DNA of 63,962 nt, filler included, from Candidatus Desantisbacteria bacterium CG1_02_49_89 (GTDB taxonomy: Bacteria; Desantisbacteria; UBA1551): NCBI GenBank assembly GCA_001871075.1. It is 4 parts of 4 records of this genome, joined end to end, with 100 filler letters (N's around TTAATTAATTAA, not from the genome) between each part and the next. Parts side by side here need not be neighbours in the genome. Positions count along the whole stretch, not along the records: positions 23,021 to 43,650 come from MNUP01000111.1; positions 43,751 to 54,908 come from MNUP01000034.1; 2 more parts are not named here. The stretch is one strand, 5' to 3'. Numbering within the stretch: position 1 is the first letter of the stretch; each line of letters begins with the position of its first letter. Positions 41,552 to 51,927 of the stretch are shown here, in pieces. The position numbers and the translations under genes were made by a program. The notes under the pieces are model-generated. The model worked only from the letters and a program-made list of their open reading frames with translations. It did not search any database and was not told where the DNA came from.

Positions 41552-43138
41552 ATGAAAAAGATCCTTGTCAGCGATTCCATAGATAAAGAAGGAATTGAAC
41601 TTTTGAACAAAGAGAAAGACTTCAGGGTTGACATTAAAACTGAACTGGGACCCGAAGAACTGGTTAAGGTCATCGGGGAGTACGACGGGCTTATAGTGAG
41701 GAGCCAGACCAAAGTGAACTCCGCGGTCATCGCCGCGGCCTCCGGGCTCAAGGTGATAGCGCGCGCCGGCACCGGCATTGACAACGTGGACGTTGAAACC
41801 GCCACCAGGAAGGGGATCGTGGTTATGAACGTGCCGGGCGGGAACACCGTGTCCGCGGCTGAGAATACCATAGCGCTTTTGCTTTCGCTTGCCCGCAATA
41901 TCCCGCAGGCGAACGCCTCCATGAAAAGCGGCAAATGGGAAAAGAAAAAATTTATCGGCATCGAAGTACACGGCAAAACGCTGGGTATTTTAGGCCTGGG
42001 GCGCATCGGAACAGAGGTCGCAAGGATGGCGCAGGGGATGGGAATGCTTACCATGGGCTCTGACCCGTTCGTGTCAGCGGAGCAGGCAAAAAAATCCGGC
42101 ATTGAATACGTCCCTTTCGAGGACGTCCTGAAGAAGGCGGATTTTATCACGGTGCACACGCCGCTTAACAAGGATACAAAATACATGCTTGGCGAAAAAG
42201 AATTCGCCAAAATGAAAGAGGGCGCAAGGGTCATCAACTGCGCCAGGGGCGGCATAATAGACGAGAACGCGCTCTGCGCCGCCGTCAAGAGCGGCAGGAT
42301 CGCGGGCGCCGCGCTTGACGTTTTTGAAAAGGAACCGCCCGAGAACAGCCCTCTCCTGGCGCTTGATAGGGTCATAACGACACCGCACCTCGGCGCGTCC
42401 ACCGATGAAGCCCAGGCAAGGGTTTCCGCGGACTGCGCCGGGCAGGTGATCGATTTCCTGAAGAACGGCGTTATCAGGAACGCGCTGAACGTTCCCTCGA
42501 TAGAACCTGAACTTTTAAGGCAGATAGAACCATACCTGAAGCTCGCGGGGAAACTCGGAAAGTTTCAGGGCCAGTTTGTGCAAGGGCCGGTTGACGTCAT
42601 AAACGTTCTCTACAGCGGCGACGTTTCCAGTTACAACTCAAACCCCATGACGCTTGCCGTGGTAAAGTCCCTGCTTGAAGTAATGCTGGGTAACACGCTG
42701 AATTTCGTAAACGCCCTTCCCATAGCCAGGGAAAGGGGAATAAAGGTCATAGAGGGCAAAACAGGCACGCCGGAGGATTACACCAACCTTATAACGGTTG
42801 AGGTAGGTTCCGCGGGCGGCAAAAAATCCGTCGCGGGCACTGTGCTCAGCAAGGAGATGCAGAGGATCGTGCGCATCGATGATTACGACGTGGACGTGGT
42901 GCCTTCAGAATACATACTTATATGCACCCACGATGACAGGCCCGGAATGGTCGGCAAGATAGGCACGGTGCTGGGCGGGGAAAAGATAAACATCGCGGGC
43001 CTGCAGCTCAGCAGGAAGAAAAAGGGAGACGCGAACCTGACGGTGCTCAACGTGGATATCTCCCCGTCCGAGAAGGTTGTGGGGAAGCTGAAAAAGATCG
43101 AAGGCATCCGGGACGTGCGTTTCGTGGAGCTGAAATAG
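41552..43138 (+). CDS. serA: D-3-phosphoglycerate dehydrogenase (type I, ASB+ACT)
   Basis: RAGTGIDNVD, GLGRIG, PHLGAST, DRPGMVG. Confidence 0.95.
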   Translation: MKKILVSDSIDKEGIELLNKEKDFRVDIKTELGPEELVKVIGEYDGLIVRSQTKVNSAVIAAASGLKVIARAGTGIDNVDVETATRKGIVVMNVPGGNTVSAAENTIALLLSLARNIPQANASMKSGKWEKKKFIGIEVHGKTLGILGLGRIGTEVARMAQGMGMLTMGSDPFVSAEQAKKSGIEYVPFEDVLKKADFITVHTPLNKDTKYMLGEKEFAKMKEGARVINCARGGIIDENALCAAVKSGRIAGAALDVFEKEPPENSPLLALDRVITTPHLGASTDEAQARVSADCAGQVIDFLKNGVIRNALNVPSIEPELLRQIEPYLKLAGKLGKFQGQFVQGPVDVINVLYSGDVSSYNSNPMTLAVVKSLLEVMLGNTLNFVNALPIARERGIKVIEGKTGTPEDYTNLITVEVGSAGGKKSVAGTVLSKEMQRIVRIDDYDVDVVPSEYILICTHDDRPGMVGKIGTVLGGEKINIAGLQLSRKKKGDANLTVLNVDISPSEKVVGKLKKIEGIRDVRFVELK

Positions 43139-43145
43139 AGATCAG

Positions 43146-43650
<505 letters not shown>

Positions 43651-43750
43651 NNNNNNNNNNNNNNNNNNNNNNNNNNNNNNNNNNNNNNNNNNNNTTAATT
43701 AATTAANNNNNNNNNNNNNNNNNNNNNNNNNNNNNNNNNNNNNNNNNNNN
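43651..43750. other. Artificial contig linker
   Basis: N44-TTAATTAATTAA-N44. Confidence 0.97.
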
Positions 43751-43775
43751 TGCGGAACACAAGTGGGTTTTTTCC

Positions 43776-44111
43776 TGTGCGGAAATAATCAAAAGGTCAC
43801 ATTGTGAACAATCAAAGTGTCACATAGCCGGGGGAAAATTATTTAGGCTGGCTGGTTTAAAAATCAGGTAATAATCACCCTCTCCTTTATCCTCTCCCCT
43901 CGAGGGAGAGGGGTAGGGTGAGGGGGGTGGGTACTCTCGAAGGCAGAACCTGGAAAGTAGGACGATTTCCAGAACAGGAAGTAACCGTGGGTCTTATCCC
44001 CAACAGAAAGATTATTGTTTTAAAGGATGAGCAGAAAATTGGAGAGTACCAACTATGAGCGATGTGACATTTTAAGGTTCCCAAATGTGACATTTTGAAT
44101 GTTGCGGAACA
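43776..44111 (+). mobile_element. 336-bp MITE with TGT...ACA ends (IS1202/IS481-like) retaining a transposase-like C-terminal remnant
   Basis: Both ends have TGT plus two AAA-N-GTCACAT boxes; internal frame LEGRTWKVG...KIGEYQL*; second copy at 54641. Confidence 0.75.
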
Positions 44112-44127
44112 CAATACTATTTTTTCC

Positions 44128-44156
44128 TTGAAATTTTGGGTAAAATGTGCTATAAT
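44128..44156 (+). promoter_or_regulatory. Sigma70 promoter of TA operon
   Basis: TTGAAA-17-TATAAT. Confidence 0.7.
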
Positions 44157-44189
44157 ATGTCATAACAGAAGAATCAAAGGGGAGAAACT

Positions 44190-44735
44190 ATGGGTAGGAT
44201 TTCATTTAGATTTAATGTAAAGAAAGCGATAGAGGTCATTTTGTGGTTGGCAAGCAGAAAACAGGATGGCGTCGATGTCTTCCATATTGTAAAAGCAATA
44301 TTTTATTCAGATGTGTATCATTTAAATAACTACGGAAGGGTTATTTTTGGAGATACGTATGCAGCGATGAAGTATGGACCAATACCATCTAAAACATATG
44401 ATATTTTAAATAATGACTTGCTAACTATGAGCTGTTTAGGTTTGACAGAAGTTCCTTTTGAGCGAAATAATATAATTATAAAGGCCTTAAGAAATCCAAA
44501 TATGGAAGAATTTTCCGAAAGTGACATTGAAGCATTACAGTATGGATGGGATGAAGTAAAAGATAAATCATTTAAACAGATAAGCGACAGCTTGCATGAG
44601 CATGATGCCTATAAGAAAAAATGGGATAGCTCTGAACGAACGGCTAATTCTATTCCAATAGATTTTGAGGACTTGATAGTTGATAAGGAAATAAAGGAAG
44701 AGCTTTCTTGTACTTCTAAATATATCAAGATATGA
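44190..44735 (+). CDS. Panacea (DUF4065/SocA-like) antitoxin
   Basis: KAIFYSDVYHLNNYGRVIFGDTYAAMKYGPIP; FSESDIEAL. Confidence 0.85.
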   Translation: MGRISFRFNVKKAIEVILWLASRKQDGVDVFHIVKAIFYSDVYHLNNYGRVIFGDTYAAMKYGPIPSKTYDILNNDLLTMSCLGLTEVPFERNNIIIKALRNPNMEEFSESDIEALQYGWDEVKDKSFKQISDSLHEHDAYKKKWDSSERTANSIPIDFEDLIVDKEIKEELSCTSKYIKI

Positions 44736-45115
44736 AAATTAGAGAGATGCAAAGAGGTCAAATATGGTGGTTTTTAACCCCACAAATGAGGCCTTGTCCT
44801 AAAGTAAAATGTAACCTTTGCATAGGAAGCAGTCAGTTTCTTACAATTAATACAAGTGATCGTTATGGTAAATTTAAATTAGATAAAACAGAGTACCCTT
44901 TTCTAAGTCATGATAGTTATATTGGGGATATTATTTTTGATTTCAGTGGAGAAGACGAAGAAATAGAAGTTGATAACAAACAATTCAGACAGATAATTTC
45001 TGATAAAACCGCAATACAACTAATAGATTATGTTAAAAAATCACGCGTTTTGACTCCGGTAAATAAAGATATAGTAATTGCTGCATTAACTCCTCCTTTT
45101 CCTCCGCCTCCTTAA
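44732..45115 (+). CDS. Putative toxin partner (possibly PemK/MazF-like fold)
   Basis: ATGA overlap with Panacea gene; RGQIWW; YPFLSHDSYI. Confidence 0.6.
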   Translation: MKIREMQRGQIWWFLTPQMRPCPKVKCNLCIGSSQFLTINTSDRYGKFKLDKTEYPFLSHDSYIGDIIFDFSGEDEEIEVDNKQFRQIISDKTAIQLIDYVKKSRVLTPVNKDIVIAALTPPFPPPP

Positions 45116-45175
45116 GGATTTGTTTTTTATACCAATAGTCTTACAACGAGAATGTATCACTTGAAATAATCAACT

Positions 45176-45210
45176 AAAGAGACTGCCCAAAAGACAGTCT
45201 TTTTTATTTT
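45176..45210 (+). terminator. Probable intrinsic terminator
   Basis: AGACTG-CCCAAAAGA-CAGTCT-TTTTT. Confidence 0.55.
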
Positions 45211-45226
45211 TAAACCTATTAAATTA

Positions 45227-45784
45227 ATGCAAAAATATGATTTTGGACAAGGTACAAGAAAAGGTGATTTTTTGCCAGATTTAAAAAGTCTTTATAAAAA
45301 CTCTAATCCTTTAAATAGATTCAAAGATAAAACGTTTTTCTTTAGATCTTCTTCTCCCGATGTAAAAATAGATAGTTTTGATCCTTATGAAAAAGGAAAG
45401 GAACAAAAATTTTATATATCAATTCCAATTTCTGTTCAAGAGAAAATGATAAAAGACGATGAATCTTTGAAATACTGCTGGGGGGTAAGTGCCCCACATA
45501 TGTAACCAGCACATAGCGATGAATTACTTCGCTTAAAAAAACCTGAAATTGAATGTTGGACGACAATAGATCATAAAATCAGGAGATTATTCGTATCTGC
45601 TGATTTTGAAATAGGTTATGAATTTTCTAAGAGCCCCTTTTTTGAACTGCATGATAAAAGCAAAAATAAAAAAAATGAACAAAATTTATCTGTTATACCC
45701 CGTCTATATTACAATAGATATGAAGTAAAAGATTCTATTGTGTGTAGAAATGATATATACAGAATTAATTGGGTGCCAAAATAA
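45227..45784 (+). pseudogene. AT-rich hypothetical gene with in-frame TAA at 45503
   Basis: Frame continues 92 codons past the stop (PAHSDELL...NWVPK*). Confidence 0.55.
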
Positions 45785-46023
45785 ATGAAATCCTATAATA
45801 GGCGTGCCCCAATTTGATTTTGATCCACTATACATAAAGTATAGATGGAAATTAGAAACCGGTCGCTATCACGGGGCCATTTTTTATTTCTGCTTTCACT
45901 ATAACCCATTATCTTGACTTTTTCTGTTTTTAATATATAATAGACTTGCATAATTAGATGCTATATTCAATATATAAATAGAGTGATAGAACAGACCAAT
46001 AAGAAGTAAATGGAGTAGCTAAA

Positions 46024-47346
46024 TTGAAGAAATTAGCCTTAATTACATTGTTGGTATTGTTTGCAGCGACCGCCTGCGCACAGGAGACAAAGATTACAGC
46101 TGCAGTTATGGACCTGGAGGCGAAACAGGGCATATCCGTAGCCGACGCTTCGTTATTATCTGATTATTTGCGCACCCAGCTTGTCAACGTAGGTAAATTT
46201 ACCATTGTTACGCGTGAGAATATGGAAATGATCCTGAATGAGCAGAAGCTCCAGCTGACCGGGTGTACAAGCAGGGAGTGCGTTGTTCAGGTGGGACAGG
46301 TGCTTGGGGTGCGCAAGATGTTTTCCGGCTCCGTGGGAAAGGTTGGGCAAACCTACCAGGTGGACTTAAAAGTATATGACGTGGAATCAGGACAGATTGA
46401 AAAGGCAGAGTGCGAAATATGCCAGAAGTGCGAAATAGACGCTCTTTATATTTCTTTAAGGAACATAGCATCTAAAATTTCAGGGTTTCAGGTGAAAGAA
46501 GAAGCGGTTCCTCAATCTGCCCAACCTGCCAAAGAACTGCAGTCTACGCTACTAAAAACAGAGGAAATCACATGGAAAAAAGATAGTTCTCAGATGATCT
46601 ATATTCCCGCAGGTGAATTTACAATGGGTTCTCCTGAGGGCGAAGGTAATCCTAATGAACATCCCCAGCATAATGTCTATGTTGATGCTTATTACATTAA
46701 CAAATATGAAATCACAAATGGGCAATTTTCTAATTTTTTAAACGAATGGGGAAAAGATACAGACGAAAATGAGAAAACTATGATTTATGAGAACAGCTTA
46801 GGGCTAAAGAAAATTTCCGGATGGTTTAAAACACCACAAGAATGGAAACCTTCTCCTGGTTATGAAGACAATCCTGCTATTGATGTTACTTGGTATGGTG
46901 CAGTCCAATATGCCAAATGGGCAGGAAAGCGACTTCCTACAGAAGCAGAATGGGAGAAAGCATGCAGAGCAGGTTCAACTACAAAATATTCTTTTGGGGA
47001 TGAAAAGAGCAGGTTGTTTGAACATGCCTGGTTTAAAGAAAATTCTGGTGAAAAAACCCATCCTGTAGGAACAAGACTTCCTAATATATGGGGAATATAT
47101 GACATGCACGGAAATGTCGTGGAATGGTGTGTTGATTGGTATGATGAAAATTATTATAAAAGTTCTCCATACAAAAATCCACAGGGTCCAAGTAGTCCAC
47201 CAGAAAATGGTAGAGAGCTTCATATTGTTCGTGGTGGCTCGTGGAATGGCGATGCTGGATCTTGCCGTTCTGCATATCGTGAGTATGGGTGGTACTATGG
47301 TAAGAGTTTTCGCTGTACCGTTTCAGCAAGCGATGTACCTAAATAG
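46024..47346 (+). CDS. Secreted CsgG/TolB-N-like plus FGE-sulfatase (SUMF1) domain protein
   Basis: IPAGEFTMGS, RLPTEAEWEKACR, YDMHGNVVEW, RGGSW. Confidence 0.88.
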   Translation: MKKLALITLLVLFAATACAQETKITAAVMDLEAKQGISVADASLLSDYLRTQLVNVGKFTIVTRENMEMILNEQKLQLTGCTSRECVVQVGQVLGVRKMFSGSVGKVGQTYQVDLKVYDVESGQIEKAECEICQKCEIDALYISLRNIASKISGFQVKEEAVPQSAQPAKELQSTLLKTEEITWKKDSSQMIYIPAGEFTMGSPEGEGNPNEHPQHNVYVDAYYINKYEITNGQFSNFLNEWGKDTDENEKTMIYENSLGLKKISGWFKTPQEWKPSPGYEDNPAIDVTWYGAVQYAKWAGKRLPTEAEWEKACRAGSTTKYSFGDEKSRLFEHAWFKENSGEKTHPVGTRLPNIWGIYDMHGNVVEWCVDWYDENYYKSSPYKNPQGPSSPPENGRELHIVRGGSWNGDAGSCRSAYREYGWYYGKSFRCTVSASDVPK

Positions 47347-47561
47347 GGTGTAATATCCACATTCGGTATGTTGCTGAACGTGCTGAGGATATGATACCGG
47401 TTTTTAGTGGCACAGTACCAGTCACACACCGGTCACAGTGTGGCACAGTTGGCAGATACTGAAAAAAGTGCTGAATTATGTTTTAAAAAATTGGGTAGGG
47501 ATTCGCCCGTACCTTACAGGTCGGGCGAAATCTCGCCCACTTGCTTAAAGGCAAGATGGGC

Positions 47562-47680
47562 GGAGAGGTGGCCGAGTGGGTTGAAGACATATTATGTCTT
47601 CAACGGGTGGAAGAACGGAGTGACGGACTTCCATTCGCGCAGAGCACACAGGACAATGGCACCGGTCTTGAAAACCGGTG
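47562..47680 (+). pseudogene. Interrupted 5' half of tRNA-Ser(UGA)
   Basis: GGAGAGGTGGCCGAGTGG [~73 nt insert] ACAATGGCACCGGTCTTGAAAACCGG; no T-arm or 3' acceptor strand. Confidence 0.7.
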
Positions 47681-47706
47681 TTTGGTTTGTAGTTCTGGGA
47701 GATAAT

Positions 47707-50214
47707 ATGAAGATGCTGGATTTGAACGGCGAATGGGAACTGCAATACTGCAATATAGGCGAAGGCAAGGCTGGGGCGTTTTCCGAAGATAGCAGCGGGT
47801 GGATCTCTGCGACAGTCCCCGGTGACGTGCATCTGGACCTTATGGCTGCGGGAAAAATGGAAGAGCCGCTGTACGGGCTTAACGCGAAGAAATGCGAGTG
47901 GGTTGAGGAAAAGGAATTCTGGTACAGGAAAATATTCTACGTTTCAAAGGATGATCTGAGCGCGGACAGGATAGAGCTGTGTTTTGACGGGCTTGACACA
48001 ACCGCGGAGATCTGGCTTAACGGCAAGAAGGCCGGCGCAAGCAACAATATGCTCGCGCCCTGCGCGTTTGACGCTAAGGGCTTTTTAAATGACGGGAAGA
48101 ACATCCTGCTTGTCCGGCTTGACTGCGGGTTGGAAGCTGCAAAGGGCAAACCGCTTGAGAAATACCTGCTTCCAGACGATATTCCTTCCAGGCGCATCTG
48201 GATACGCAAGCCTCAGTTCACGTTCGGGTGGGACTGGGCTCCGCGGCTTCTGACCTGCGGCATATGGCGCCCCGCAAGGATCAATTTTTATAAAGAGTTC
48301 GTTCTGAGAAATGTTTACCTGCGTGCAAAGCTCGCGGGAAAAAAAGCAGTTGTAAAAGCCGAATGTGAGATAGAAAATCTCGGGTGCGAACCTGTAAGCG
48401 CAGAGATAAAAGCCGCACTGAAAAAGAAAAAAACCTATTCGGTAAATATCAGGGCAAACTTAAAGCCCGGAATGAACAGGATTTCAGTTCCTGTTCAGGT
48501 CGCTGACCCGCAGCTCTGGTATCCAAGGCCTGTGGGAGGCCAGCCCCTTTACGACTTCAGCCTGGAAGTAAGAACAGACGCGGGCGAGATCGACAGATAC
48601 CAAACAGCATACGGAATAAGGGAAGTGAAACTGCTGCAGCAACCTTTGGGAAAAGAAGGTAAGTCCTGGACCTTCGTGGTGAACGGCGTTAAGGTTTTTT
48701 GCAAGGGCGCTGACTGGATACCGCCTGATTCCATCCTGGCAAGGGCAGGGGAGGAAAAATACCGCAGGTCCGTGGAGCTTGCTGCTGAAGCCAATTTCAA
48801 CATGCTCAGGATCTGGGGCGGAGGCATATACGAGCCTGATTGTTTTTACAGGGCATGCGACGAGATGGGGGTCATGGTGTGGCAGGAGTTCATTTTCGCC
48901 TGCGCGCTCTACCCGGACGATGACCCTGATTTCTGCGCTGAGGTGAAGCAAGAGGCGGAGCTTGCTGTGAAAAGCCTGCGCAACCACCCTTCTCTTGTGC
49001 TGTGGTGCGGCAACAACGAGAATGACTGGGGCTGGGCAACCGGCTGGTGGACAAAGGCGGACAGGTATTACGGGCTTAAATTATATTCCGAGATACTCCC
49101 GCAGGTTTGTGGGCGGTTTGACCCTGACCGCCCATACTGGCAGTCAAGCCCGTTCGGTGGAGCGGACCCCAACTCGCACCTGGAGGGCGACAGGCATACC
49201 TGGTGGGTATCCATACAGGGCGGGATAAACGAGGAAAAATTCGATTACAGGAATTACGCGAGGGACGAAAGCAAGTTCACAAGCGAATACGGGATACTGG
49301 CGCCGTCCCCGATCGAAACGCTTAAGAAATGCATTCCTGAAAACGAACTGAACCCTTCGTCCGAGTCCTGGAAGTTCCACGCAAACACGTTTGACAACAC
49401 CGTAAAAGGCACTTACCAGATGGGAATGCTCAGGTACAATTATGACGACGAGCCGCAGAACCTCCCGCTTGAGGAATTCACGATGGGGCTGCAGCTTATC
49501 CAGGGCGAGGCGTATAAGTTCTCCATAGAACATTACCGCAGGCGTAAGTTTTTCTGTTCCGGGGACCTTTTCTGGATGTACGCGGACTGCTGGGGGGCAG
49601 CGTCAGGGTGGACGATAGTGGATTATTATTTGCAAAGGAAGCCCAGCTTCTTTTTCGTTAAAAAGGCGTACGCTCCGGTGCTGGTTTCAATAAAGGAAGA
49701 GGAGTTCGGGTTGTCCGTGTGGGTCACGAACGACCTGCTGCAGGATTTCTCCGGGACGCTTGAATTCGGGCAGAAGGATTTCTTTGGGAAGGAATTCCTT
49801 AAGAAAAAGATACGGGTGAAGGTAAAAGCGAATTCCTCAAAATGCGTTGTGCGCGCAGCGCGAACCGGGGAAATAGACATGCTTGCCTGTTATAACATCC
49901 AGAGGTTCTTTTACGCGAGGCTTAAGGCAGGGGCAAGGACCGTATGCGAGAACCGCCATTTCTTCAGCCTTCTTAAGTGGCTGAAAACAAGCCTGCCCAA
50001 GGCAAAGCTGGAACACGCGGTAAAGGGGAACAAGCTTGTCGTCAAAACCGACAACTTTGCCTGGGCTGTGAAGGTTGACCTGCCTGAAGGCCTTGTTCCG
50101 GAAGATAACTACTTTGACGTTTTCCCCGGCGAAACAAAAGAGATCCTCCTGCGCGGCGACCTGAATCTCGCCGATCAGGTTAAAGTAAAAGCCATGAACC
50201 AGGCTGAAAGCTGA
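47707..50214 (+). CDS. GH2 beta-mannosidase-like glycoside hydrolase
   Basis: FDGLDT, FGWDWAP, RIWGGGIYE, WCGNNE, FTSEYG. Confidence 0.9.
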   Translation: MKMLDLNGEWELQYCNIGEGKAGAFSEDSSGWISATVPGDVHLDLMAAGKMEEPLYGLNAKKCEWVEEKEFWYRKIFYVSKDDLSADRIELCFDGLDTTAEIWLNGKKAGASNNMLAPCAFDAKGFLNDGKNILLVRLDCGLEAAKGKPLEKYLLPDDIPSRRIWIRKPQFTFGWDWAPRLLTCGIWRPARINFYKEFVLRNVYLRAKLAGKKAVVKAECEIENLGCEPVSAEIKAALKKKKTYSVNIRANLKPGMNRISVPVQVADPQLWYPRPVGGQPLYDFSLEVRTDAGEIDRYQTAYGIREVKLLQQPLGKEGKSWTFVVNGVKVFCKGADWIPPDSILARAGEEKYRRSVELAAEANFNMLRIWGGGIYEPDCFYRACDEMGVMVWQEFIFACALYPDDDPDFCAEVKQEAELAVKSLRNHPSLVLWCGNNENDWGWATGWWTKADRYYGLKLYSEILPQVCGRFDPDRPYWQSSPFGGADPNSHLEGDRHTWWVSIQGGINEEKFDYRNYARDESKFTSEYGILAPSPIETLKKCIPENELNPSSESWKFHANTFDNTVKGTYQMGMLRYNYDDEPQNLPLEEFTMGLQLIQGEAYKFSIEHYRRRKFFCSGDLFWMYADCWGAASGWTIVDYYLQRKPSFFFVKKAYAPVLVSIKEEEFGLSVWVTNDLLQDFSGTLEFGQKDFFGKEFLKKKIRVKVKANSSKCVVRAARTGEIDMLACYNIQRFFYARLKAGARTVCENRHFFSLLKWLKTSLPKAKLEHAVKGNKLVVKTDNFAWAVKVDLPEGLVPEDNYFDVFPGETKEILLRGDLNLADQVKVKAMNQAES

Positions 50215-50368
50215 AAGATAAACCACAGAGGCACTGAGACACAGAGTATTTACTCTGACACGTTGATACGTTGACACGCTGATACGCTTGAAACCAATGA
50301 CTCATTATCAATAATAATCAAAGGTAACGCTATGAAAAAAACTCAGGGCTTCAGCCCTGATATAAGTA

Positions 50369-50487
50369 TGTCATTGCGAGGAACGCCAGTGACGAAGCAA
50401 TCCAATACAAGATTGCTTCACCGCCCGCCACGCTGCCCACCACGCTTTGCTCGTGGTTTCAGCTCGCGGCTTCGGTTCGCAATGACA
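50369..50487. repeat. TGTCATTGCG...CGCAATGACA palindromic repeat with nested inserts
   Basis: Family members also at 19297, 28302, 52942, 53736, 54593, 63787. Confidence 0.85.
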
Positions 50488-50501
50488 GTTAACAGGAAAC
50501 C

Positions 50502-51803
50502 ATGAAAGAACTTATAATCAAACGAACTGGGAAATTGCGGGGAACAGTGGATGCTCCGCCGTCCAAATCCTACACGCACCGGGCCATTATTATCGGCAGC
50601 ATGGGCGGCTTTGCCCGCATACTGAACCCGCTGAAGAGCGATGATACCGAAAACACGGTAAAAGCGTGGAAAAGTCTCGGCGCGAAAATACAGGTCAGTA
50701 AGAACTGGAAAGAAATAACGGTCCGTGGTTTCCGCGGAAAGCCAAGGCCAAAAAGCCGCCTGATAAACGTCGGGGAATCAGGAACCCTGCTAAGGTTCAT
50801 CCTTCCTGTTGCGTGCCTTGCAAAAGGGACTTTCATAATTAACGGGAAAGGCACTCTTAGGAACCGGCCAAGCAGGTCGGCAGTAAGCGCTTTGAAGCAG
50901 ATGGGCGCTGATATATCCGCAGGAAAAGGATGCCGCGTTCCTTTCAGAATAAGGGCAACGGGGACCTTGAACGGCGGCAACGTGAATATTGATCCCAGGG
51001 AAACATCGCAGACCGTTTCGGCTCTTTTGATAACAGCCCCGGTTCTTTCAAAAGAAACCAGGATCATCACAGGCAAAGACCTGGTTTCAAAGCCGTATGT
51101 TGACATTACGGTTGACGCGCTGAAATGGGCCGGGATAAAGATCAGGGAAACTAAAGACGGGTACGCAATAAAACCCGGGCAAAAATTCAGGCCAAAGAGC
51201 CCGTTCAGGGTCCCGGGGGATTATTCCTCAGCCGCTTTTCTTCTTGCTGCCGCTTGCCTGGTAAGGTCCGACGTCACTGTCAGGAATCTTTATAATGACA
51301 GGCAGGGGGACAGAAAGATCGTTGAGATACTTGGAAAAATGGGGGCGAGAACAAAAAGAAAGGGCAGCGCGCTTTCAATAAAAGGCCCGTTCAAACTGAA
51401 AGGCATAAGCGTTGACTGCAAAGCCACGCCTGACCTTGTGCCTGTCCTTACTGTTCTGGGATGTTTCGCGGAAGGGAAAATGAATATAACGAACGTGAAG
51501 CACCTCGCGCTCAAGGAAAGCAACCGTTTATTTTCCGTGGCAGGCCAGCTGAATAAACTGGGCGCTTGCGTGAGGGTTGACGCGGAGAAAGGTTCTGTGG
51601 AAGTTAAAAGGCCTCTGCCGGAAAAGATCGGCAGTTATGTTTTTTGTGGCATCCAGGCAGACCACAGGGTCGCGATGGCGCTCTCGCTTATCGGCTTGCG
51701 CGCTGAAAAAATAGTCATCAGGGGAAGCGAAAGCATTTCCAAGTCCTACCCCGGATTTGTCCGCGATATGCGCGCGCTTAGCGCTCGAATAATTGAAAGA
51801 TAG
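50502..51803 (+). CDS. aroA: EPSP synthase
   Basis: PSKSYTHR, GESGT, PGDYSSA, KESNR, DHRVAMA, KSYPGF. Confidence 0.92.
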   Translation: MKELIIKRTGKLRGTVDAPPSKSYTHRAIIIGSMGGFARILNPLKSDDTENTVKAWKSLGAKIQVSKNWKEITVRGFRGKPRPKSRLINVGESGTLLRFILPVACLAKGTFIINGKGTLRNRPSRSAVSALKQMGADISAGKGCRVPFRIRATGTLNGGNVNIDPRETSQTVSALLITAPVLSKETRIITGKDLVSKPYVDITVDALKWAGIKIRETKDGYAIKPGQKFRPKSPFRVPGDYSSAAFLLAAACLVRSDVTVRNLYNDRQGDRKIVEILGKMGARTKRKGSALSIKGPFKLKGISVDCKATPDLVPVLTVLGCFAEGKMNITNVKHLALKESNRLFSVAGQLNKLGACVRVDAEKGSVEVKRPLPEKIGSYVFCGIQADHRVAMALSLIGLRAEKIVIRGSESISKSYPGFVRDMRALSARIIER

Positions 51804-51835
51804 ATTTTAGTTTCACGGGCAAAAAAGTTTAAAAC

Positions 51836-51906
51836 TTGACAAATATAGTAAATTTGTATATAATATTGTTCACGGAGCGTGAACGGTTTGTTCACGGAGC
51901 GTGAAC
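51836..51906 (+). promoter_or_regulatory. Consensus promoter plus tandem operator palindromes
   Basis: TTGACA-17-TATAAT; GTTCAC-GGAGC-GTGAAC at 51868-51884 and 51890-51906. Confidence 0.8.
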
Positions 51907-51927
51907 GACAGATTTGAGAGGCAGAAT

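Noticed and set aside
23215-42402. Long minus-strand ORFs (23215-24420, 31934-32935, 41158-42402 etc.)
   Set aside because: Antisense shadows of well-supported + strand genes
46024-47400. DGR target (FGE/C-type lectin fold C-terminus)
   Set aside because: No reverse transcriptase, Avd or adenine-variant template repeat visible in the window; a remote TR cannot be excluded
47490-47561. Permuted 3' half of tRNA-Ser
   Set aside because: No T-loop consensus or CCTCTCC acceptor strand; it consists of repeat-family hairpins
47407-47706. 100-aa N-terminal extension of the GH2 ORF
   Set aside because: Runs through hairpins and the tRNA remnant; the GH2 domain starts at ATG 47707
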